Counted from the first letter of the stretch, positions 1 to 8,591 are shown. The stretch is 39,866 bases of DNA from an uncultured Gammaproteobacteria bacterium (GCA_964516555.1 CAZFAI010000002.1:1-39866), one strand, 5' to 3'. A program made the numbers and translations. The notes: generated from the sequence alone by a model not told the origin.

Positions 1-2
1 TT

Positions 3-923
3 AAAGGGAAGAAAATCGGAGAAACCATTTTTAGTTTAAATTGGTTGCCGATTGGAGGTTTTTGCCGTCTTTATGGAGAGGACGGAGGGGGGAAGGGAGA
101 CAGGGCTTTTAACAACAAAAATCCTTGGCAAAAAATGATCATAGTGCTTGGGGGAGTATTGATGAATTTGGTATTGGCGGTTTTGATATTTACGGTGGTG
201 TATGCGATTATGGGGGTGCCTCAGGAAACTGACATGGTAAAAGTGATTGGAGTGGCGCCGGAATCACCGGCTTATGAAGTCGGATTAGAAGAGGGTGTTT
301 GGATAAAGGAGGTGGCCGGAGAAGAGATAAATAAGCCGGACGAGTTGACAGAGAAAGTCAATGAGTACAGAGGCGAGACGGTGGAATTGTTAATAGAAAA
401 GCAGGGTGAAGAAAGGACGGTCAATATCTTGGTTAGGGAAAATCCGCCGGAGGGAGAAGGCGGGATGGGAATAGCTATTTCGAATACGGAAATGGTCAAA
501 TTACCCTGGTATCAGTTTTATAAGGGGATTGTAGCTGGATTTGAAGAGGCATATTTTTGGGGCGAGATAATCGTTGGGGGAGTCGTTAGGATGATTGGCG
601 GATTAATAAGCGGCGAGGGCGTGGAGGACGTCAGTGGTCCGATTGGAATGTTCCAGGCAACAAGTACTATCAGGGAAAATCAGGGGATGTTGGCCGTGGT
701 TCATTTCTTTGGAGTGGTGTCGGTAAATTTGGCTGTGGTGAATATTTTGCCGTTTCCGGCTTTAGATGGGGGGAGGATTATGTTTGTGTTGTATGAATTG
801 ATTGCCAGAAGAAAACCTAATCAGAGAATAGAATCAATTATAAATAGTGTAGGGATGATAATTTTGTTGGGGTTGATTTTTTTGATTACGGCAGGAGACA
901 TTGCCAGACTAGTCCGAAATTAG
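3..923 (+). CDS. rseP: RseP-type site-2 (M50) membrane metalloprotease, C-terminal part; 5' end lies outside the window
   Basis: The frame is open from nt 3. It shows LNWLPIGGFCRLYGE, a PDZ-like middle segment and the C-terminal NILPFPALDGGR motif typical of the RseP/S2P family. Confidence 0.85.
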   Translation, partial: KGKKIGETIFSLNWLPIGGFCRLYGEDGGGKGDRAFNNKNPWQKMIIVLGGVLMNLVLAVLIFTVVYAIMGVPQETDMVKVIGVAPESPAYEVGLEEGVWIKEVAGEEINKPDELTEKVNEYRGETVELLIEKQGEERTVNILVRENPPEGEGGMGIAISNTEMVKLPWYQFYKGIVAGFEEAYFWGEIIVGGVVRMIGGLISGEGVEDVSGPIGMFQATSTIRENQGMLAVVHFFGVVSVNLAVVNILPFPALDGGRIMFVLYELIARRKPNQRIESIINSVGMIILLGLIFLITAGDIARLVRN

Positions 924-950
924 TTTTCAGCGTAATTTCATTTTTGTTTG

Positions 951-980
951 TTGACTCGGTGTTTTAAAGATGTTTATACT
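951..980 (+). promoter_or_regulatory. Candidate sigma70-type promoter for the surface-protein operon
   Basis: TTGACT (951-956), an 18-nt spacer, then TATACT (975-980), about 40 nt upstream of the ATG at 1022. Sequence pattern only. Confidence 0.3.
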
Positions 981-1021
981 GATTATATTAGCGATTATTT
1001 GCTTGATAAAAAGTTTCAAAA

Positions 1022-2725
1022 ATGAAAGAAAATTTTGACAAATTTAAGAGAAGTTTAGGATTGGCTCAGATTCCATTGATTATTGGTCTTTTGATTATGG
1101 CAGTAGCAATTCCGGTGGCAACAAAGTTGGTTGAGCAGAATCAGGATACGAGAAATAGAGCGGCGATTCCTCTTCCATCACCTGCACCTAATCCATCTAC
1201 GCCTGTTCCAACTCAAGGTACGGTGACTCCTATACCAGAGGAACAGAATGCCTGTCGGAGGGCTGGTGGTTGGTGTATCCCGACTGGTTCTTCTTGTGTT
1301 AATGGTACAACTACAAGTTCGTTGAGTTGTTACCCTCCCGCACCGGGAAAGTGTTGTATCCCAATAACATCAACCAATACTCCCGCTCCGACTAAACCAG
1401 TATCTACCAACACGCCTCTTCCAACTAAAACTCCAGGGTTGAATACTCCAGTTCCGACTAAACCGGCGACAGTGTTAACCAGTACTCCAGCACCAACTTC
1501 TGCTCCGGCAATGACTTGCTCCTGGTGCACAAATCAAAATCAATGTGCTGCCAGTGGATGTGCCTGGAAGGGAGCTTCATCTTATTGTAGCGTCGCTGGT
1601 GATGGATGCTGTGATTGTGGAGGAGTTGGCGGTGATGACCCTCAACCAAGTACAATATCTTTTAATGGTGTAATGCTTGATCCTAACGGGAGTAACAGAT
1701 GGACTCCGGGAACCAGTTGTTCTAATTTTAAAGGTGGTTCTATCTCAACTACTGCCGGATCTGTAAAGTGGATTTCTGATGAGCACGGTGGTCATTTTGA
1801 TATCTTTAATGTTCCCAAAAACACACAAGTAAAAGTTACATTGATACCTCCCGGTGAATGTGGCTTAACTTGCGATAGGTGGGCCGTTTTTACTCATAGT
1901 AATGGGGCAACTGTGGCCAATGGCAACGGATGTGAGGCTACTTTTACTACCGGAGATTCTGATTGGAAGCACGGTGTAAATTTTTATATGAAAAGAGTTG
2001 TGCCAACAGCAACTATGACACCAATTCCTACTGCTGTACCAAATTTAACTTGGACTATTAATTCAAAGGTTGTATGTCCGGCAGGAAGAACATTAACTAA
2101 GGATGTTCATGTTTTTAATGCAAAATGGCCACCGAATCCACTTGTTTGGAATTTTGATACAGGAAATAGCGGAACTTTTACCGGAGAAGCTAATAGATCG
2201 GTTACCATTAGTAGTAACAATGTTTCAAATAGTGTGTATCTTGGGATGGAAGCTAACTATAAAGTAAGTAAGAATTTGTCGACAGGTAGCACAATTGTTG
2301 ACTATATTGAATTAAAACCAAAAGGCACATCTCCCCATAGCAGTATGATTTTTGGCAGATACTTTAACCCTTATACTCATATGGTCAGGTGGGATCGGAC
2401 ATTGCCCCAGGGTACTTATACAATTGAATTTGAACCTCAGGAGGCACATATGGATATTGTTTGTCCAACGCAATCTACCCCCCCATCTCCTACTGCCGTG
2501 AGTCCAAGACCGACTGTAATATTGTCAGGAATTCCGACAAAAACACTTACCATTTGTGATAAGGCAGTAGAGATAGGATTGGGCGGATGGAAACAACAGT
2601 ACGTCAGTAACAGAGGTCGAAGGGTACAAGGTACTTGGACAGCCGATATAAATAAGGATGGTTTTGTGGACATTATCGACCGGTCAATTATTTTGGGGTG
2701 CTTAATAACAAACAATGTTATGTAA
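1022..2725 (+). CDS. Secreted or membrane-anchored Cys-rich protein with Pro/Thr linkers and one C-terminal dockerin-like repeat
   Basis: N-terminal TM helix (IPLIIGLLIMAVAIPVA). Tandem TNTP-x-PTKP linker repeats. Two Cys-rich modules (aa 78-112 and 166-199). C-terminal DINKDGFVDIIDRSIILGCL resembles an EF-hand or dockerin repeat. Confidence 0.7.
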   Translation: MKENFDKFKRSLGLAQIPLIIGLLIMAVAIPVATKLVEQNQDTRNRAAIPLPSPAPNPSTPVPTQGTVTPIPEEQNACRRAGGWCIPTGSSCVNGTTTSSLSCYPPAPGKCCIPITSTNTPAPTKPVSTNTPLPTKTPGLNTPVPTKPATVLTSTPAPTSAPAMTCSWCTNQNQCAASGCAWKGASSYCSVAGDGCCDCGGVGGDDPQPSTISFNGVMLDPNGSNRWTPGTSCSNFKGGSISTTAGSVKWISDEHGGHFDIFNVPKNTQVKVTLIPPGECGLTCDRWAVFTHSNGATVANGNGCEATFTTGDSDWKHGVNFYMKRVVPTATMTPIPTAVPNLTWTINSKVVCPAGRTLTKDVHVFNAKWPPNPLVWNFDTGNSGTFTGEANRSVTISSNNVSNSVYLGMEANYKVSKNLSTGSTIVDYIELKPKGTSPHSSMIFGRYFNPYTHMVRWDRTLPQGTYTIEFEPQEAHMDIVCPTQSTPPSPTAVSPRPTVILSGIPTKTLTICDKAVEIGLGGWKQQYVSNRGRRVQGTWTADINKDGFVDIIDRSIILGCLITNNVM

Positions 2726-2740
2726 TTAACAGGAAAAACA

Positions 2741-3916
2741 ATGAAAAATAACAAATCATCGATAATCATAATGCTTTTAATGGCGGTAGTGTTAGTGGCA
2801 GTGATGGCGGTAATTAGTGACAGGCAAGAATTGAGAAGAAGCGCTCATTACGCAAAGGGGAGCTTGCATTTAGCACCATCAGAAATTGAAGCAGAAATTG
2901 GTGAAGAGGTGTCGGTGATATTAAAGGCAGTTCCGGGAGTTGATGAGCCAATAATTCAAAACGTCCAGGCACTTGTGTGTTATGACAATAATGTACTTCA
3001 AATTGCGGATACTGAAGATAATGCTATGCAAAAAATTGAAATAATTGATAAGGAGGTTTTTACCGAGGAGCCGATAATATTTTTTGAGGAAATTGCCAAT
3101 AAAAGTTGTGTTAATTTGACTGCAGTAACAAATAAGGCAGGAGAACTTAGCAGTAAAGTTGTTGATGTTGCCAGATTTAAATTTACGACTTTAGCTGAAG
3201 GCAGCGGAAACATTGAAATTATGAAAGGTGATTCGGTAATGTCGGGCTATATAGCTAACAATATGGATAAGAGCATAGAAATTACCACTGTAGAAAATGC
3301 CAGTTATGTAGTAAGTGGGGCTGTTGTTGAGCCGCCAGCGGGTGAAGTGCCTTGGTTAAATTTCAAGATGGCTTTTATGGGTGTAAATAAACAATCGAGT
3401 TGTGCAATGAATTGGCCAATGACACTGACGGTCTTGGGAGATGCTGGTGTAAGTAAGGTGTACAGTAACGTAAGGGGAGAAGTCGTAAGCGGGACTGAAA
3501 ACCCGGTTATTTATGAGGTTAGCTTACCTTTGACAGATTTTGAAGATACTGAGAATGTAGCAGTTCTTATTAAAGGACCAAAACATCTTCAGGTGAAATA
3601 TGCGGTTGATGGCCAAGATGAGTTTTATGGGAAACAGGGGGGTGAGTTAGTGTTAACTAAAGATAAAGAAACAAGTAAGGTTTATGATTTTACAAAATAT
3701 CCGTTATTGGCCGGTGACGTAACTGGGAAAGATGGAAAACAGGATGGGCTGATTAATGGTATGGACTTCTTGTATGTAAGAGATGCGGCAATTGCCAGAG
3801 GGAAAGATTTACCTAATTTGGACAAAGGAGATCTTGACGGTAATTGTGTACACAATTCGTTGGATGTTACTTGGTTAATGCAAGCTCTCGAAGAAAGACA
3901 GGAGCAAATTAATTAA
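2741..3916 (+). CDS. Secreted protein with an N-terminal cohesin-like module and a C-terminal two-repeat dockerin-like module
   Basis: TM or signal helix. The pattern GEEVSVILKAVPG...VQALVCYDNNVLQI...ARFKFTTLAEGSGNIEI matches the cohesin sequence logic. The C-terminus carries GDVTGKDGKQDGLINGMDFLYV and GDLDGNCVHNSLDVTWLMQAL. Confidence 0.6.
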   Translation: MKNNKSSIIIMLLMAVVLVAVMAVISDRQELRRSAHYAKGSLHLAPSEIEAEIGEEVSVILKAVPGVDEPIIQNVQALVCYDNNVLQIADTEDNAMQKIEIIDKEVFTEEPIIFFEEIANKSCVNLTAVTNKAGELSSKVVDVARFKFTTLAEGSGNIEIMKGDSVMSGYIANNMDKSIEITTVENASYVVSGAVVEPPAGEVPWLNFKMAFMGVNKQSSCAMNWPMTLTVLGDAGVSKVYSNVRGEVVSGTENPVIYEVSLPLTDFEDTENVAVLIKGPKHLQVKYAVDGQDEFYGKQGGELVLTKDKETSKVYDFTKYPLLAGDVTGKDGKQDGLINGMDFLYVRDAAIARGKDLPNLDKGDLDGNCVHNSLDVTWLMQALEERQEQIN

Positions 3917-3929
3917 AAAAAGGAGAAAA

Positions 3930-4538
3930 ATGATGAATAATGAATTTGGAAAATATTTACTACCCTTGGTGGCAGTGGTGGTAATTTTGCAAAGTGTTGT
4001 GCTGGTTAATAGTATCCAGGGTGACAGAAGCGCAGAAGTCAAAAGTACAGAGCCGGTGAATAATCAAGTTAAGGTGATAGAAAACAGGACGGAATCATTT
4101 GACATGGTGTTTGGGGTTGAGACAAAAAATATGCAGGTCGGAAAGAAATATTCAGTTGACCTTAGCATGCTTTCTAAGGATGAAAATAAGGTTGGTACCG
4201 TTGATTTGTATGTGAAGTACGATCCTAGCGCCTTTGAGGTCAGCAATTTGGGATATGATTCAAAGCTGCAGAAGCCAAATGTTTTGCTTTCTGGAGAAAA
4301 GAAGGGAATGATGGTAGTTAACTATTATTCAATGGATCCTAGCGGATTCTTATTTAGTAAGGCGGAACACTATAGTTTGATAACTTTTGATGTAATACCA
4401 AAAAAGGAAGGTAATTTTGAATTTGAAGTTAGTACTGGTAATGTAAATGATGGTTCTGTTACCATGATTCTAGACAATAATACAAAGAAGGAAATGCTCT
4501 TTACGAGCAACAAATTAACTGTTAATGTAACTAAGTAA
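3930..4538 (+). CDS. Small secreted cohesin-like protein
   Basis: Signal or TM helix, then VGKKYSVDLSM...VGTVDLYVKYDPSAFEVSNL...ITFDVIPKKEGNFEFEV (cohesin-like pattern). Its TAA shares one nt with the next ATG (TAATG). Confidence 0.55.
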   Translation: MMNNEFGKYLLPLVAVVVILQSVVLVNSIQGDRSAEVKSTEPVNNQVKVIENRTESFDMVFGVETKNMQVGKKYSVDLSMLSKDENKVGTVDLYVKYDPSAFEVSNLGYDSKLQKPNVLLSGEKKGMMVVNYYSMDPSGFLFSKAEHYSLITFDVIPKKEGNFEFEVSTGNVNDGSVTMILDNNTKKEMLFTSNKLTVNVTK

Positions 4539-5236
4539 TGAGATACAAAAAAGCTGCAATTATTTGCTTTATATTTATGATTTTTGCCATGGCAAAGGGC
4601 GGGGTAGCTAGTGCTGCGCCTCATTTTACTTTGACTCCTGCAACTTACTCGAGTTCGGTTGGGAGTACTTTTGTGGTTGACCTTGGAGCTGATTCCGAGA
4701 CACAGAGCATAATTGCGATGGATGTAGTAGCCACTTTTGATCCGGCCAAGTTAGAGGTGGTGTCGGTAGAAAAGAACAATACGACTGACTTTAGTTTTAT
4801 ATTCGATTCAACTACTCCAATTATTCAAAATACTAACGGAAGGTTTGAGGTAACGTTAAGCCCTACTAGTTCCAGTGTTTACGACGGTCAAATTGTGAAG
4901 GGTAGTTTACTTCGGATAAAATTAAAAGCTAAATCAGCAGGTGTGGCAAGTTTAAATTTATCATGCCAGGCGGGTTCGGTAACTGACACCAACATGTTCA
5001 ATCAGAATTCGGAAGATGTAGTTAGCTGTGCGGCTAATCAGAGCGGATCATATACCCTGACTGCAGTTGGTGGTGATTCTACTGATACAAATACTACAAC
5101 AACAACGACAGATACTACTACAACTAGTACTACTAGTAGTGAATTACCACAAACCGGAGGCATAGCTTCAACATTAGGTTTGTTGGTTTTTGGAACAATC
5201 AGTGTGTTAGGCGCTCTATTGTTGAGATTTTTATGA
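4538..5236 (+). CDS. LPXTG cell-wall-anchored cohesin-like protein
   Basis: Signal peptide (AKGGVASA-AP). Cohesin-like VGSTFVVDLGA...AMDVVATFDPAKLEVVSVEK...LRIKLKAKSAGVASLNL. Poly-Thr stalk. LPQTG at nt 5144-5158, followed by a hydrophobic helix and an R-containing tail. Confidence 0.75.
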   Translation: MRYKKAAIICFIFMIFAMAKGGVASAAPHFTLTPATYSSSVGSTFVVDLGADSETQSIIAMDVVATFDPAKLEVVSVEKNNTTDFSFIFDSTTPIIQNTNGRFEVTLSPTSSSVYDGQIVKGSLLRIKLKAKSAGVASLNLSCQAGSVTDTNMFNQNSEDVVSCAANQSGSYTLTAVGGDSTDTNTTTTTTDTTTTSTTSSELPQTGGIASTLGLLVFGTISVLGALLLRFL

Positions 5237-5940
5237 AAGGAAAAGCAAACGTAAAGACCATTATTGTAATGGTAATTATGGTTTTGGTGGTGGTGTTGGG
5301 TATTTTGGGTGCTAAAACCGTTCAAACTTACTTGAGTGGAGCTACGGAGGATGTAATGCCCAGAAACGTTGTAGCTACTGCCAATGAAGATGGCAGGGGA
5401 GCTGTAATATCATGGATGTCTGATAAGGAATCGATGGGTGTGGTGGAATATGGTACTTCTCCTGCGTCATTGTTATTAAGAGCGCTCGAAACTAGCCAGG
5501 TAACTAGTCATCAAGTGACACTGTCGCCATTAAAGTCAGGAACTACTTATTATTTTAGGGTAAAGATTGGAGAAGAGATATATGACAATAGCGGGATACC
5601 GTATTCTTTTAAGACCAAAGAATCTGAGTCTGAGTCAGAGCGGGTGATGGAGCCAGATGTAACACTTGAGCCGACAATGCCAACACAAGTCGGCAGCGGG
5701 AGTAGTGTTATTTCGGGAACATGTAATAAAGAAACAGATTACAATAGCGATGGAACAGTAAATGCTTTAGATTATATTCAATGTATAAAGGGTAGCAGTG
5801 TGGCTCCAACAAGTGCTCCAGCACCCGCAACTTCGGCAACTGAAAGCAGCGGGAGTACATGTAAACCGGGAGTTGATTATGATAATAATGGATCTATAAA
5901 TAGTTTGGACATGATCAAGTGTTTACAAAACCAGAGATAA
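5233..5940 (+). CDS. Secreted FN3/PAP-N-like domain protein with two Cys-flanked dockerin-like repeats
   Basis: TM helix. AVISWMSDKESMGVVEYGTSP...SGTTYYFRVK is an FN3-like pattern. Repeats: CNKETDYNSDGTVNALDYIQCIKG and CKPGVDYDNNGSINSLDMIKCLQN. ATGA overlap with the upstream gene. Confidence 0.65.
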   Translation: MKGKANVKTIIVMVIMVLVVVLGILGAKTVQTYLSGATEDVMPRNVVATANEDGRGAVISWMSDKESMGVVEYGTSPASLLLRALETSQVTSHQVTLSPLKSGTTYYFRVKIGEEIYDNSGIPYSFKTKESESESERVMEPDVTLEPTMPTQVGSGSSVISGTCNKETDYNSDGTVNALDYIQCIKGSSVAPTSAPAPATSATESSGSTCKPGVDYDNNGSINSLDMIKCLQNQR

Positions 5941-5979
5941 TAGGTAAAATATTGCCTATTAACTAAAGGAGGTGACTTA

Positions 5980-6195
5980 ATGCCAATTATCGTAAAGAAG
6001 AAAAAAGGTGAAAGTAAGGATGATGTAATCGGTAAATTCCGGAGACTTTGCCTTGAGGAAGACATTACTGAAGAAGTAAAGAAGAGGACTGCTTATAGCA
6101 AGCCATCCGAGGGAAGATACGCAAAGAAGAAAATAATCTTGTGGAAAGAGAAATGTCGCAAGAGAGCTAAAAATTCCAGGAAGTATGTCTCTTAA
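5980..6195 (+). CDS. rpsU: 30S ribosomal protein S21
   Basis: MPIIVKKKKGESKDDVIGKFRRL...; basic, 71 aa; strong SD AAAGGAGGTGA upstream. Confidence 0.9.
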   Translation: MPIIVKKKKGESKDDVIGKFRRLCLEEDITEEVKKRTAYSKPSEGRYAKKKIILWKEKCRKRAKNSRKYVS

Positions 6196-6628
6196 GGACA
6201 AGATTAAATCAGACAGTGTGATTGCATTAAAACAGCATGAAAGCCGAAAGGTGGAAGTATTGAGGTATCTGGTGTCACTTATTGACAAAAGAGAATTGCA
6301 GCTTCCACCAGGAGGGATGAATGAGAAAGAAGAGGTTAGTGTGTTGCGTAAAGAGCTAAAGAATAAGGAAGAATCCAGAGGGTTGTCTGAAGAGGCCAGT
6401 AGAAGCGACTTGGTAGAAGCTTTGGATTATGAGATTGAAGTGGTAAAGGGTTATCTGCCTTTAGAGATGAGTGAGTCAGAGTTAAGGGCTATTGTTGATG
6501 AGGTGGTGGATAGGGTGGGATTAAATTTTGGCTTAGTAATGAGAGAAGTTATGATGAAAATAGAAGGAAGGGCTAGTGGGGATACCGTGTCAAGAATTGT
6601 TAAGGATAAATTAAGTGAGCAGGGATAA
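6185..6628 (+). CDS. GatB/YqeY domain protein
   Basis: LKDKIKSDSVIALKQHESRKVEVLRYLVSLIDKRE and the C-terminal half are typical of the YqeY family. The position after rpsU is also typical. Confidence 0.8.
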   Translation: MSLKDKIKSDSVIALKQHESRKVEVLRYLVSLIDKRELQLPPGGMNEKEEVSVLRKELKNKEESRGLSEEASRSDLVEALDYEIEVVKGYLPLEMSESELRAIVDEVVDRVGLNFGLVMREVMMKIEGRASGDTVSRIVKDKLSEQG

Positions 6629-6986
6629 CATTGATATCTTAATTAAAAAAGCTGTTAACACCGGGGTAAATTCCGATGAAGTTGAGGAGCTGTCAAAGAA
6701 AGCTTTAAAAGAGAGGGGTTATAGCAAGGATGTTGAGTTGAGTGTGATATTTGTGGGTAGAAAAAAGGCAAAAGAATTAAACCAGTTATATAGAGGGATG
6801 GATTATATTCCTCAAGTATTGGGTTTTCCGATGTCGCGGGAAAAGGATGCTGACGGAAAGATTCGGCTTGGAGATATTGTGATATGTACTCAGAAACTTA
6901 AATATGAAGCGAAGTATCAAAAAAAAAGCGAAAGGCAAATTTTGGGTGAATGGTTAGCCCATGGGTTAGACAATTTATTGAAGTGA
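6615..6986 (+). CDS. ybeY: YbeY-like protein (rRNA maturation RNase family), short, without a complete His triad
   Basis: LSVIFVGRKKAKELNQLYRGMDYIPQVLGFPM...GDIVIC aligns with the YbeY core. The protein ends at ...EWLAHGLDNLLK, where HGxLHLxGYDH is expected. GTG start. Confidence 0.55.
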   Translation: MSRDNIDILIKKAVNTGVNSDEVEELSKKALKERGYSKDVELSVIFVGRKKAKELNQLYRGMDYIPQVLGFPMSREKDADGKIRLGDIVICTQKLKYEAKYQKKSERQILGEWLAHGLDNLLK

Positions 6987-7028
6987 TATAAAAAAGACTA
7001 ATTGCTAAGTGGACTGGGGTTTGCTTAA

Positions 7029-8591
7029 ATGGGTTTGATGTCAGTTTTTCATTTGAAATATCGGCCACTGAAAATATCAGATTTAGATTTGATTGATGTA
7101 TCCGAAAAATTTAAGAGTATTCTGAGCAACAAAGAAGTACCACAATCATTTCTTTTTGCCGGACCAAAAGGATCCGGAAAGACTTCGGCGGCCAGAATAT
7201 TGGCCAGAGCTGTAAATTGTGAAAACAAGACGGGTGTCGAACCTTGTGGAGAATGCGGAAATTGTAAGGAAATATTAAGCGGAGCAAGTATTGATGTGCT
7301 GGAGTTGGATGCGGCTTCGAATAGGGGAATTGAGGATGTTAGATCACTTAAAGATAAAGCTTATTTACTGCCAAGTAAACTGAAAAAAAAGGTGTTTATT
7401 ATTGATGAGGTTCACATGATGACCAAGGAGGCATTTAATGCTTTATTGAAGCTGATTGAAGAGCCACCGGCACATACTATGTTTATTCTGTGCACCACAG
7501 ATGCTGAAAAGATACCAGAAACGGTGTTGTCAAGGCTAGTGAAGGTAGATTTTCGGAAGGGATTGAAGGAGGAGTTGATTAAGTCGCTGAAGCGAGTGGT
7601 TGAGGGTGAAAAAATATCGATGAGTGACGAATCCTATGATTTAATTGTCAGTAAAAGCGATGGGAGTTTTCGTAATGTCCACAAATCTTTGAACGAAATT
7701 GTTCTTTTGTATGGCAATAAAATTAATAAGGAAGTTGTAGAAAAATATTTTAGTCAAAAAGGAGGAGATTATAGTGAAAATGAGTTTGAAGATGATTTGA
7801 TAGCAGGTGATCCGTCTGTAATTTTGAAAAAATTAGAAAAGTTAGCTGATAAAGGGGTTAATTTTAGTGACTTTCGGGAGCGGTTGATTAGCTATTTTCA
7901 AAGGAGGGTACTGACCGTCTATGGACTTGGAGAAGCCAGGGTTGAAGGGTTGGCGGTTAGGGATATTGTTAGAATGATTAACTTATTGATTTTGGCCAGC
8001 AGGAAAGAAAAAGATGTTAGTATTGATCAATTACCGCTTGAGCTGGCAGTAATTGAATATTTAGGGGAAAGACGAGGAGAAAGTGGTAAAACAAATCAGG
8101 ATGAATCTGAGAAAAAAGAAGTGAAAATTGAAAAGAAGGTCGATAATAAGAAGAAAAAAACAGTAAAAATAATCCAGAAAACGAAGGTTGTTGAAAGTAT
8201 GGCAATTAAGAATGAAGAGAATCTGACGGTGGGGATGAATGTGGTCGAAGATTCTTGGGGAAAAGTTTTGTTGGCGGTTAAACCATTTAATCATTCGGTG
8301 GAAGCATTTTTGAGAGCGGTTAAACCAAAAAAGATTAGTGGTGATTGTTTGGTGGTTGAAGTGTTTTATCCTTTTCATAAAGAGAAATTGGAAGAGAGCA
8401 AAAACAGAAGGATTGTTGAGGCTGGCTTGAAGAAAGTGTTTGGTTTTGATATTGGTTTTGAATGTGTTTTGAGTAGAAATAGCAAGAAGGCCATTGTCAT
8501 TACTAATGAAACACCGGTGGAGGATATTGAAAGTAGAGAGAAGGGTGGAGATAAAGATATGTATGATGTAGCTAAAGAGATTTTTGGTTAG
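7029..8591 (+). CDS. dnaX: DNA polymerase III subunit gamma/tau
   Basis: Walker A GPKGSGKTS, Zn module CGECGNC, Walker B FIIDEVHM, sensor LSRL. Confidence 0.9.
   Translation: MGLMSVFHLKYRPLKISDLDLIDVSEKFKSILSNKEVPQSFLFAGPKGSGKTSAARILARAVNCENKTGVEPCGECGNCKEILSGASIDVLELDAASNRGIEDVRSLKDKAYLLPSKLKKKVFIIDEVHMMTKEAFNALLKLIEEPPAHTMFILCTTDAEKIPETVLSRLVKVDFRKGLKEELIKSLKRVVEGEKISMSDESYDLIVSKSDGSFRNVHKSLNEIVLLYGNKINKEVVEKYFSQKGGDYSENEFEDDLIAGDPSVILKKLEKLADKGVNFSDFRERLISYFQRRVLTVYGLGEARVEGLAVRDIVRMINLLILASRKEKDVSIDQLPLELAVIEYLGERRGESGKTNQDESEKKEVKIEKKVDNKKKKTVKIIQKTKVVESMAIKNEENLTVGMNVVEDSWGKVLLAVKPFNHSVEAFLRAVKPKKISGDCLVVEVFYPFHKEKLEESKNRRIVEAGLKKVFGFDIGFECVLSRNSKKAIVITNETPVEDIESREKGGDKDMYDVAKEIFG

Noticed and set aside
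7381-7392. An A8 run (CTG AAA AAA AAG) in dnaX as a frameshift site.
   Set aside because: It lies just before the Walker B motif, inside the ATPase core, so a shifted product would be non-functional. It mainly shows that A-runs are frequent here, which lowers confidence in the downstream A7 candidate.
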